Of a DNA stretch of 32,000 nucleotides, positions 25,236-32,000 are shown one piece after another. The notes under the pieces are model-generated. The model was not told the origin of the DNA, did no database searches, and worked only from the letters and a program-made list of their open reading frames with translations. Every line of letters begins with the position of its first letter. Position 1 is the stretch's first letter. Made by a program: the position numbers and the translations under genes. Where the stretch lies: assembly GCF_001457595.1 (NCBI RefSeq), contig NZ_LN831039.1, positions 5,100,001 through 5,132,000 on the forward strand, read 5' to 3'. This stretch comes from Mycolicibacterium smegmatis. GTDB taxonomy: Bacteria > Actinomycetota > Actinomycetes > Mycobacteriales > Mycobacteriaceae.

Positions 25236-25260
25236 ACGTCACAGCAATCGCCTGTGACGT
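25236..25260. promoter_or_regulatory. Perfect 9-bp inverted repeat ACGTCACAG-N7-CTGTGACGT in the lprB / ABC divergent intergenic region
   Basis: Read directly from the sequence. It lies 65 nt from the lprB start and 47 nt from the ABC gene start. It is operator-like, and the cognate regulator is unknown. Confidence 0.45.
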
Positions 25261-25306
25261 ACCGAGGGTGCGCGGTGAACTCAGGATCGTGTGCGAGAGT
25301 AGCGGG

Positions 25307-27043
25307 ATGCTCTGGGCGCTGCTGCGACAGTACGTGCGGCCGTACCGGTGGCTTTTGGCCGTCGTCGCCGTGTTGCAGGTCATCAGCAACATGGCGTCGC
25401 TGTACCTGCCGACGGTGAACGCCGCGATCATCGACGACGGCGTCGCCAAGGGCGACACGGCCCGCATCGTCGAACTCGGCGCGGTGATGCTCGGGGTCAC
25501 CGCACTGCAGGTGGTGTGCGCGGTCGGTGCGGTGTTCTTCGGGGCCCGCGCGGCGACGGGCTTCGGCCACGACCTGCGGGCCGCGGTCTTCACGCATGTC
25601 ACCACGTTTTCGGCCGAGGAGGCCGGGCGCTTCGGCGCGGCGTCGCTGCTGACCCGCACCACCAACGACGTCGGGCACATCCAGCAGTTGGTGCAGTTGA
25701 CCGTGACCATGCTGATCACCGCGCCCATCATGTCGATCGGCGGCATCTTCATGGCGCTGCACCAGGACGCCGGGCTGTCGTGGCTGCTGCTGGTGAGTGT
25801 GCCGGTGCTGGGCCTGGCGAACTACTGGATCATCCGCCACCTCATGCCGGTGTTCACCCGCATGCAGTCGCTCATCGACGGCATCAACCGCGTGCTGCGT
25901 GACCAGTTGTCGGGCATCCGGGTGATCCGGGCGTTCGCGCGTGAACCGCTGGAACGCGTGCGCTTCGCCGAGGCCAACCAGACGCTGTCGGACTCCGCGC
26001 TGGAGGCCGGCCGCTGGCAGGCGCTAATGCTCCCGGTGACCACGCTGGTGATCAACGTCTCCAGCGTCGCGCTGATCTGGTTCGGCGGCCTGCGCATCGA
26101 CGCGGGCCAGATGCAGGTGGGATCGCTCATCGCGTTCCTGGCCTACTTCATGCAGATCCTCATGGCCGTGCTGATGGCCACGTTCATGCTGGTGATCTTC
26201 CCGCGTGCGGCCGTGTGCGCCGACCGCATCGGCGAGGTGCTCTCGACGCAGACCGCGATCACCAACCCGGCCGATCCCGTTCGGCCCGCGGCCATCGCCG
26301 GTGACATCGGCGTGCACGACGCCACGTTCTGCTATCCGGGCGCCGACCGGCCCGTACTGCAGGACGTGTCGTTCACCGTGCCGCGCGGCACCACGACCGC
26401 GGTGGTCGGTTCGACCGGTTCGGGCAAGTCGACGCTGATCTCGCTGATCTGCCGGCTCTACGACGTCACCTCGGGATCGCTGCGCATCGACGGTGTCGAC
26501 GTGCGCGACCTGGACATCGAGCAACTGTGGTCGGCGATCGGCCTGGTGCCGCAGCGCGGATACCTGTTCTCGGGCACCGTCGCCGAGAACCTGCGCTACG
26601 GCAGGGCCGACGCGACCGACGACGAGATGTGGGAAGCACTGCGCGTCGCGGCCGCCGCGGACTTCGTGCGCGCACACCCGCAGGGCCTGGACATGCCGGT
26701 GGCGCAGGGCGGCATCAACTTCTCGGGTGGGCAGCGGCAGCGTCTCGCGATCGCGCGTGCGGTGATCCGCCGTCCGGCGATCTACCTGTTCGACGACGCG
26801 TTCTCGGCGCTCGACGTGCACACCGACGCCCGCGTGCGCGACGCGCTGCGCGAGGTGGCCGCCGACGCGACGGTCGTGATCGTGTCGCAGCGCATATCGA
26901 CCGTCATCGAGGCCGATCAGGTGGTCGTGATCGACGACGGCCGCGTCGTCGGCATCGGCACCCACGACACGCTGCTGGCGGACTGCCCCATCTACGCCGA
27001 GTTCGCCGAATCCCAGGCGCTCACCGCCGGAGAACCACGGTGA
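25307..27043 (+). CDS. ABC exporter half-transporter (TMD-NBD), Rv1273c-like, 578 aa
   Basis: It has six TM helices. The NBD motifs are [23 protein letters not shown] and [12 protein letters not shown], the last being a Walker B with Asp in place of the catalytic Glu. It overlaps the partner gene by GTGA. Confidence 0.9.
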   Translation: MLWALLRQYVRPYRWLLAVVAVLQVISNMASLYLPTVNAAIIDDGVAKGDTARIVELGAVMLGVTALQVVCAVGAVFFGARAATGFGHDLRAAVFTHVTTFSAEEAGRFGAASLLTRTTNDVGHIQQLVQLTVTMLITAPIMSIGGIFMALHQDAGLSWLLLVSVPVLGLANYWIIRHLMPVFTRMQSLIDGINRVLRDQLSGIRVIRAFAREPLERVRFAEANQTLSDSALEAGRWQALMLPVTTLVINVSSVALIWFGGLRIDAGQMQVGSLIAFLAYFMQILMAVLMATFMLVIFPRAAVCADRIGEVLSTQTAITNPADPVRPAAIAGDIGVHDATFCYPGADRPVLQDVSFTVPRGTTTAVVGSTGSGKSTLISLICRLYDVTSGSLRIDGVDVRDLDIEQLWSAIGLVPQRGYLFSGTVAENLRYGRADATDDEMWEALRVAAAADFVRAHPQGLDMPVAQGGINFSGGQRQRLAIARAVIRRPAIYLFDDAFSALDVHTDARVRDALREVAADATVVIVSQRISTVIEADQVVVIDDGRVVGIGTHDTLLADCPIYAEFAESQALTAGEPR

Positions 27044-28932
27044 GCGGGCCGCTGATGCGCCGCGGCGCGCTGCCGCAGGCCCCGCTCGAGCGCACCCGCG
27101 ACTTCAAGGGTTCGGCGATCCGGCTCGCGAGACGTCTGCTGCCGCAACGTGCGCTGACACTCGCGGTGATCCTGCTGGGCGTCGGTGGCATCGCGATCGG
27201 CGTGATCGGTCCGCGGATCCTGGGCCACGCCACCGATCTGCTGTTCAACGGTGTGATCGGGCGTGAACTGCCCGCGGGGCTCACCAAGGAGCAGGCCGTC
27301 GAGGCCGCGCGCGCCCGCGGCGACGGGACGTTCGCGGATCTGCTGTCGGGCATGGACATCGTGCCCGGTCAAGGCGTGGACTTCGGCGCCGTGGGCCGCA
27401 CGCTGGCGCTCGCACTGGGCCTGTATCTCGTTGCCGCGCTGCTGGTCTGGGTGCAGGCGCGGCTGCTCAACGTCACGGTGCAGCGCACCATGGTGGCACT
27501 GCGCGCCGAGGTGCAGGAGAAGATCCACCGGTTGCCGTTGTCCTACTTCGACTCCCGCCAGCGCGGCGAGGTGCTCAGCCGCGTCACCAACGACGTCGAC
27601 AACATCCAGAACTCGGTGGCGATGACCATCAGCCAGTTGCTCACCTCGGTGCTGACGGTGTTCGCGGTGCTGGTCATGATGCTGACCATCTCACCGCTGC
27701 TCACCCTGTTCACCGTGGTCACGGTGCCCGCGTCGCTGTGGGTGACGCGGTGGATCACGCGTCGTTCGCAACCGCTGTTCGTCGCGCAGTGGCGCAACAC
27801 CGGACGCCTGGCCGCGCACCTCGAAGAGACCTACAGCGGTTTCACGATCGTCAAGACGTTCGGGCACCGCGAGGCCGCGGCAGGCAAGTTCGCGGAACTG
27901 AACTCCGAGACGCAGCAGTCGAGTTTCGGCGCGCAGTTCTTCTCGGGTCTCGTGTCGCCCGCGACGATGTTCATCGGCAACCTCAGCTACGTGGCCGTCG
28001 CGGTCGTCGGCGGCCTGCAGGTGGCCACCGGGCAGATCACGCTCGGCAGCATCCAGGCGTTCATCCAGTACGTGCGGCAGTTCAACCAGCCGCTCACGCA
28101 GGTCGCGGGCATGTACAACACGCTGCAGTCCGGGATCGCCAGCGCCGAGCGGGTTTTCGACCTGCTCGACACCGAGGAGGAATCCGCCGACTCACCTCGT
28201 CGCGCCGACGTGCGCACGGGCCGCGTGGAATTCGAGCACGTGAGCTTCTCCTATGTGCCGGGCACCCCGGTGATCGAGGATCTGTCGCTCGTGGCCGAAC
28301 CGGGCAACACGGTCGCGATCGTGGGGCCGACCGGCGCGGGCAAGACCACGCTGGTGAATCTGTTGATGCGGTTCTACGACGTGGATTCCGGCCGCATCAC
28401 GATCGACGGCGTCGACATCGCCTCGGTGAGCCGCGAATCGCTGCGCGCGTCGATCGGCATGGTCCTGCAGGACACGTGGCTGTTTGCGGGCACGATCTAC
28501 GACAACATCGCCTACGGCAGGCCCGACGCCGACGAGGACGAGGTGATCGAGGCGGCCACCGCGGCGTACGTCGACCGGTTCGTGCACACCCTGCCCAATG
28601 GTTACGACACCCGCGTCGACGACGACGGCGGCGCGATCAGCGCAGGCGAGAAGCAGTTGATCACGATCGCGCGCGCGGTGCTGGCCCGGCCGAAACTGCT
28701 GGTGCTCGACGAGGCCACGAGTTCGGTGGACACGCGCACCGAACTGCTGATCGCGCATGCCATGGCCGAACTGCGCCGCGACCGCACGAGTTTCATCATC
28801 GCGCACCGGCTCTCGACGATCCGTGACGCGGATCTGATCCTCGTGATGGATTCCGGGCGGATCATCGAGCGCGGCACACACGAGGAACTGCTCGCGCGCC
28901 ACGGCAGGTACTGGGAGATGACCCGGGTCTGA
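27040..28932 (+). CDS. ABC exporter half-transporter (TMD-NBD), Rv1272c-like, 630 aa
   Basis: GTG at 27040; the ATG at 27055 is an alternative. The NBD motifs are GPTGAGKTT, the non-canonical signature [14 protein letters not shown], and [12 protein letters not shown] (a canonical Walker B-Glu). Confidence 0.9.
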   Translation: MSGPLMRRGALPQAPLERTRDFKGSAIRLARRLLPQRALTLAVILLGVGGIAIGVIGPRILGHATDLLFNGVIGRELPAGLTKEQAVEAARARGDGTFADLLSGMDIVPGQGVDFGAVGRTLALALGLYLVAALLVWVQARLLNVTVQRTMVALRAEVQEKIHRLPLSYFDSRQRGEVLSRVTNDVDNIQNSVAMTISQLLTSVLTVFAVLVMMLTISPLLTLFTVVTVPASLWVTRWITRRSQPLFVAQWRNTGRLAAHLEETYSGFTIVKTFGHREAAAGKFAELNSETQQSSFGAQFFSGLVSPATMFIGNLSYVAVAVVGGLQVATGQITLGSIQAFIQYVRQFNQPLTQVAGMYNTLQSGIASAERVFDLLDTEEESADSPRRADVRTGRVEFEHVSFSYVPGTPVIEDLSLVAEPGNTVAIVGPTGAGKTTLVNLLMRFYDVDSGRITIDGVDIASVSRESLRASIGMVLQDTWLFAGTIYDNIAYGRPDADEDEVIEAATAAYVDRFVHTLPNGYDTRVDDDGGAISAGEKQLITIARAVLARPKLLVLDEATSSVDTRTELLIAHAMAELRRDRTSFIIAHRLSTIRDADLILVMDSGRIIERGTHEELLARHGRYWEMTRV

Positions 28933-28938
28933 GCTCCC

Positions 28939-29460
28939 CTAGACGCCGGGACCTTCGGCGCGCAGGTCGTCGACGGTCTTCATGGCCTCACGCAGCTTGG
29001 CCAGCCACTCGTCGGCGTGCTGACCGACCAGGCGCACCGACCAGGCCAGCGCGTCCGAACGTGACCGGGCCACGCCCGCGTCGACCAGGGTGTCGAGCAC
29101 CTGGCGTTCGGGTTGTTTGAGCCGCGTCATGACAGGCACGGCGATGTGGGTGAACATGATTCGCTCGGTTTTGTCGCCCGACCGGACCTCCACACCCCAG
29201 GAGACCTTGCGGCCGAACCGGTCCTGGGCCTCGTCGGCGATGCGCATGCGCTCGCCGCGGGTCTCCTCGCGGAACTTGGCCGCGCGGCCGGATGCTCTGG
29301 CCTCGCTCTCCCCTTCGACGTCGGGAAGGGTTCCGATGACCGTGATCTCCTCGCGGTCGACGATGACGGTGGGATCGCCGGTGAACCACCCATCGGGCAG
29401 GCGCCCGGCGAACCACTCTGCTGCTTCGCTCGCGTCGCGGCGGTGGTGTTGATGCCTCAT
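28939..29460 (-). CDS. Conserved hypothetical protein with a C-terminal ribbon-helix-helix-like segment (173 aa)
   Basis: The N-terminus is His-rich (MRHQHHRRD). The C-terminal part VMTRLKQPERQVLDTLVDAGVARSRSDALAWSVRLV fits a strand-helix-helix pattern. No family was recognised with certainty. Confidence 0.55.
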   Translation of the reverse strand: MRHQHHRRDASEAAEWFAGRLPDGWFTGDPTVIVDREEITVIGTLPDVEGESEARASGRAAKFREETRGERMRIADEAQDRFGRKVSWGVEVRSGDKTERIMFTHIAVPVMTRLKQPERQVLDTLVDAGVARSRSDALAWSVRLVGQHADEWLAKLREAMKTVDDLRAEGPGV

Positions 29461-29485
29461 GATTACATGATTACACCGTTACATC
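29461..29485 (-). repeat. Three tandem (A)TGTAA(C/T) repeats abutting the start codon of the RHH-like gene
   Basis: The minus strand reads CG-ATGTAAC-GG-TGTAATC-ATGTAATC-ATG(start). It is AT-rich and contains two ATG-TAA start-stop pairs. Confidence 0.6.
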
Positions 29486-29527
29486 GCTGGTAGGGCAGTG
29501 TTCACCCAGGGCGAACCACTCGCCGGA

Positions 29528-29725
29528 TCAGCGCATGAGCAGCGCGGCACCACCCACGAGGACCAGGGCCACGAGCAGCAGAGCCGCCCAGCCGGCACCG
29601 AACACCCACCACACGACACCCAGCGCCACGAGCACCGGCGACAGGGCGAACAGCACCATGCCCGGATGCTGCCTGATGACCGCCACCGCGCCCCGTGCGC
29701 GCGTGCGGTCGATTTCCTTTGCCAT
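29528..29725 (-). CDS. Small membrane protein, two predicted TM helices (65 aa)
   Basis: MAKEIDRTRARGAVAVIRQHPGMVLFALSPVLVALGVVWWVFGAGWAALLLVALVLVGGAALLMR has a basic N-terminus followed by a hydrophobic hairpin. Confidence 0.5.
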   Translation of the reverse strand: MAKEIDRTRARGAVAVIRQHPGMVLFALSPVLVALGVVWWVFGAGWAALLLVALVLVGGAALLMR

Positions 29726-29793
29726 GTCACCAGGATGCCACCGGTGACCTACTCTCGTGGTCGGTCCTGTACCCCGAGCCGAGGAGCAAAACC

Positions 29794-30633
29794 ATGAACG
29801 GTCAGTGGTTGCCCGATCCGGAAGGCCGCTACGAATACCGGTGGTGGGACGGGCAGTCGTGGACCGACCAGGTGTCCCACCAGGGTCAGTTGCACCGCGC
29901 GCCGCTCGGGCCCCCGCCGGGTCCGGGGCCCGCACAGGCCCAGCCTCAGCCCCAGGGTGACGGGTTCGCCGGTATCAGCGGCGAACTGGTCGACGGGCGG
30001 TTCAGCGAGAAGGAGGCGACCGCGATCGCCAACCAGAACCGCAAGATGCTGCGCGTGCGCCTCGGCGAGCCTTTCATGGCGCGGCAGGGTTCGATGGTGG
30101 CCTACCAGGGCAACGTCGACTTCGCGTTCGAAGGTGGCGGCGCGTCGAAGTTCATCAAGAAGGCGCTGACGGGTGAAGGGCTGCCGCTCATGCGGTGCCA
30201 GGGCCAGGGTGACGTGTTCCTCGCCGACCGCTCGTTCGACGTGCACCTGCTGCAACTGACCAACACAGCACTTTCGGTCAGCGGCAAGAACGTGCTGGCG
30301 TTCTCGTCGAGCCTCGACTGGAACATCGAACGCGTCCGCGGCGGCAGCATGGTCGCAGGCGGCCTGTTCAACACCATGCTGCGCGGTACCGGCTGGGTCG
30401 CGCTCACCACCGACGGTCCGCCGGTGGTGCTCGACGCGTCCGAGGCGCCGACGTTCGCCGACACCAATGCCGTCGTGGCGTGGTCGGCCAACCTGCAGAC
30501 CCAGCTCAAGATGAGCTTCAAGGCCGGTGCGCTGATCGGCCGCGGCTCCGGTGAGGCCATGCAGGTGGCGTTCCACGGCAACGGCTTCGTGATAGTCCAG
30601 CCGTCCGAGGGCGTCACCTACCCGGTGCAGTGA
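29794..30633 (+). CDS. DUF2510-like N-terminal domain fused to an AIM24/DUF124 (TIGR00266-like) domain (279 aa)
   Basis: GAGGAG lies upstream of the ATG at 29794. WLPDPEGRYEYRWWDGQSWTD is the DUF2510 signature. A Pro/Gln linker follows, then the AIM24-type body (MLRVRLGEPFMARQGSMVAYQGNV...GEGLPLMRCQGQGDVFLA...GNGFVIVQP). Confidence 0.7.
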   Translation: MNGQWLPDPEGRYEYRWWDGQSWTDQVSHQGQLHRAPLGPPPGPGPAQAQPQPQGDGFAGISGELVDGRFSEKEATAIANQNRKMLRVRLGEPFMARQGSMVAYQGNVDFAFEGGGASKFIKKALTGEGLPLMRCQGQGDVFLADRSFDVHLLQLTNTALSVSGKNVLAFSSSLDWNIERVRGGSMVAGGLFNTMLRGTGWVALTTDGPPVVLDASEAPTFADTNAVVAWSANLQTQLKMSFKAGALIGRGSGEAMQVAFHGNGFVIVQPSEGVTYPVQ

Positions 30634-30636
30634 CGG

Positions 30637-32000
30637 TCAGCGAAAACGCTTCAGCCGCAAGCTGTTGCTGACCACGAACACCGACGAGAACGCCATGGCC
30701 GCACCCGCGAGCATCGGGTTCAGCAGGCCCGCGGCAGCGAGCGGAAGTGCCGCCACGTTGTAGGCGAACGCCCAGAACAGGTTGCCCTTGATGGTCGCCA
30801 ATGTCCTGCGGGACAAGCGGATCGCATCGGCGGCCGTACGCAGGTCGCCACGCACCAGGGTCAGGTCGCCTGCCTCGATCGCGACGTCGGTACCCGTGCC
30901 CATCGACAGCCCCAGATCGGCCTGCGCGAGCGCCGCGGCGTCGTTGACACCGTCGCCGACCATCGCGACCACCCTGCCCTCGGCCTGCAGTCGTTTGATC
31001 ACGTCGGCCTTGTCCTGCGGCAGCACCTCGGCGTAGACGTCGTCGATGCCCACCTGATCGGCGATGGCGCGTGCCGCCGCGCCGTTGTCACCGGTCAGCA
31101 TGATGGGCTGCAGACCGAGTTTCCTCAGCTGTCCGATCGCCTCGGCCGACGTGGCCTTGACCGCGTCGGCGACCACGAGCACACCGCGCGCGGTGCCGTC
31201 CCAGCCCACGACGACCGCGGTGCGTCCCTGCGCCTGCGCGGCCTCCATCGCGTCGGCGAGCTTGCGCGGCAGGGATTTCTCGGGGTCCCCGAACAAGCGG
31301 GGCCTGCCGACGACGACGGCGCGGCCCTCGACGGTGCCCTGGACGCCCAGGCCCTCGATGTTGGCGAAACCCTCGACGGCGGGCAGTTCACCCGTCCGCT
31401 CCCTCGCACCCGCGGCGATGGCACGCGCGATCGGATGCTCCGAGGCGTCCTCGACGGCCGCGGCCACACGCAGCACGTCGTCGCGGTCCTCGCCGTCGGC
31501 GACCACGACGTCGAGCAGCGTCATCGATCCGGTGGTGATGGTGCCGGTCTTGTCGAGCACGATGGTGTCGACGCGCCGCGTGGATTCGAGCACCTCGGGC
31601 CCCTTGATGAGGATGCCGAGCTGCGCGCCGCGGCCCGTACCGACCAGCAGGGCCGTGGGGGTGGCCAGCCCCAGCGCACACGGGCACGCGATGATCAGCA
31701 CGGCGACCGCGGCGGTGAACGCCGCCGCCACCGATCCGCCTGTGCCGAGCCAGAATCCGAGGGTGGCCACCGCGAGCGCGATGACGATCGGCACGAACAC
31801 CGCCGACACCCGGTCGGCCAGGCGTTGCGCCTGCGCCTTGCCGCTCTGCGCGTCCTCGACGAGGCGGGCCATCTGCGCGAGCTGCGTGTCGGACCCGATC
31901 CGGTTGGCGCGCACCACCAGTCGTCCGCCGACGTTGACCGTGGCCCCGACCACCTGATCGCCCGGCCCGACCTCGACGGGCACCGATTCACCCGTGAGCA
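30637..32000 (-). CDS. Copper-translocating P1B-type ATPase, C-terminal roughly 450 aa (N-terminus outside the window)
   Basis: It has the CPC motif ([13 protein letters not shown]), the phosphorylation site [11 protein letters not shown], the hinge [13 protein letters not shown], and the C-terminal TM pair. The ORF is open to the window edge. Confidence 0.9.
   Translation of the reverse strand, partial: LTGESVPVEVGPGDQVVGATVNVGGRLVVRANRIGSDTQLAQMARLVEDAQSGKAQAQRLADRVSAVFVPIVIALAVATLGFWLGTGGSVAAAFTAAVAVLIIACPCALGLATPTALLVGTGRGAQLGILIKGPEVLESTRRVDTIVLDKTGTITTGSMTLLDVVVADGEDRDDVLRVAAAVEDASEHPIARAIAAGARERTGELPAVEGFANIEGLGVQGTVEGRAVVVGRPRLFGDPEKSLPRKLADAMEAAQAQGRTAVVVGWDGTARGVLVVADAVKATSAEAIGQLRKLGLQPIMLTGDNGAAARAIADQVGIDDVYAEVLPQDKADVIKRLQAEGRVVAMVGDGVNDAAALAQADLGLSMGTGTDVAIEAGDLTLVRGDLRTAADAIRLSRRTLATIKGNLFWAFAYNVAALPLAAAGLLNPMLAGAAMAFSSVFVVSNSLRLKRFR

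Noticed and set aside
24581-25306. A 5' extension of the first ABC exporter ORF (820 aa). Analogous upstream extensions exist for 7316-8386, 26527-27039 and 16658-16768.
   Set aside because: The extensions run antisense to or overlap better-supported genes (lprB/lprC, the regulator, ABC chain 1). They lack transporter-like sequence. Internal starts give N-termini typical of the families.
1-32000. A scan for CRISPR arrays, IS elements, prophage genes, tRNA or rRNA genes, and long direct or inverted repeats marking an island.
   Set aside because: I saw no regularly spaced repeats, no transposase-, integrase- or phage-like translations, and no tRNA-like cloverleaf candidates in the few intergenic regions. 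A by-eye scan cannot exclude short or degenerate elements.

Overview
High-GC actinobacterial chromosome, almost certainly Mycobacteriaceae (fast-growing Mycolicibacterium type). From memory, the gene order matches the M. tuberculosis Rv1272c-Rv1284 neighbourhood: canA, oppBCDA, an SbcD/SbcC-like pair, a SixA-like phosphatase, lprC/lprB and a heterodimeric ABC exporter. Extra blocks are inserted relative to that order. I saw no rRNA, tRNA, CRISPR array, transposase or integrase. Coding density is high, and many genes are coupled by ATGA/GTGA overlaps. Most long alternative-frame ORFs in the track are GC artefacts. The best candidate for an undescribed system is the roughly 9 kb block at 783-9830, which sits between canA and oppB. 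It encodes an OmpR-type response regulator and sensor kinase, followed on the same strand by a GT-C (PMT_2/ArnT-like) transferase, a GT2::GtrA fusion and a second GT-C paralogue. Next to these lie a divergent secreted beta-repeat protein and three tandem paralogous small secreted Thr/Pro-rich peptides. A shared GTGAARC-type direct-repeat motif lies upstream of the regulator gene and of two of the peptide genes. Other points worth a second look: the SbcC-like ATPase has no CxxC zinc hook and carries a beta-rich insert at the coiled-coil apex; a close match to the RecA-independent (PafBC-type) DNA-damage promoter sits upstream of the SbcD-like gene; a perfect 9-bp inverted repeat lies in the lprB/ABC divergent region; and five convergent gene pairs overlap at their 3' ends. 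All start codons and product assignments come from reading the translations, not from database searches.
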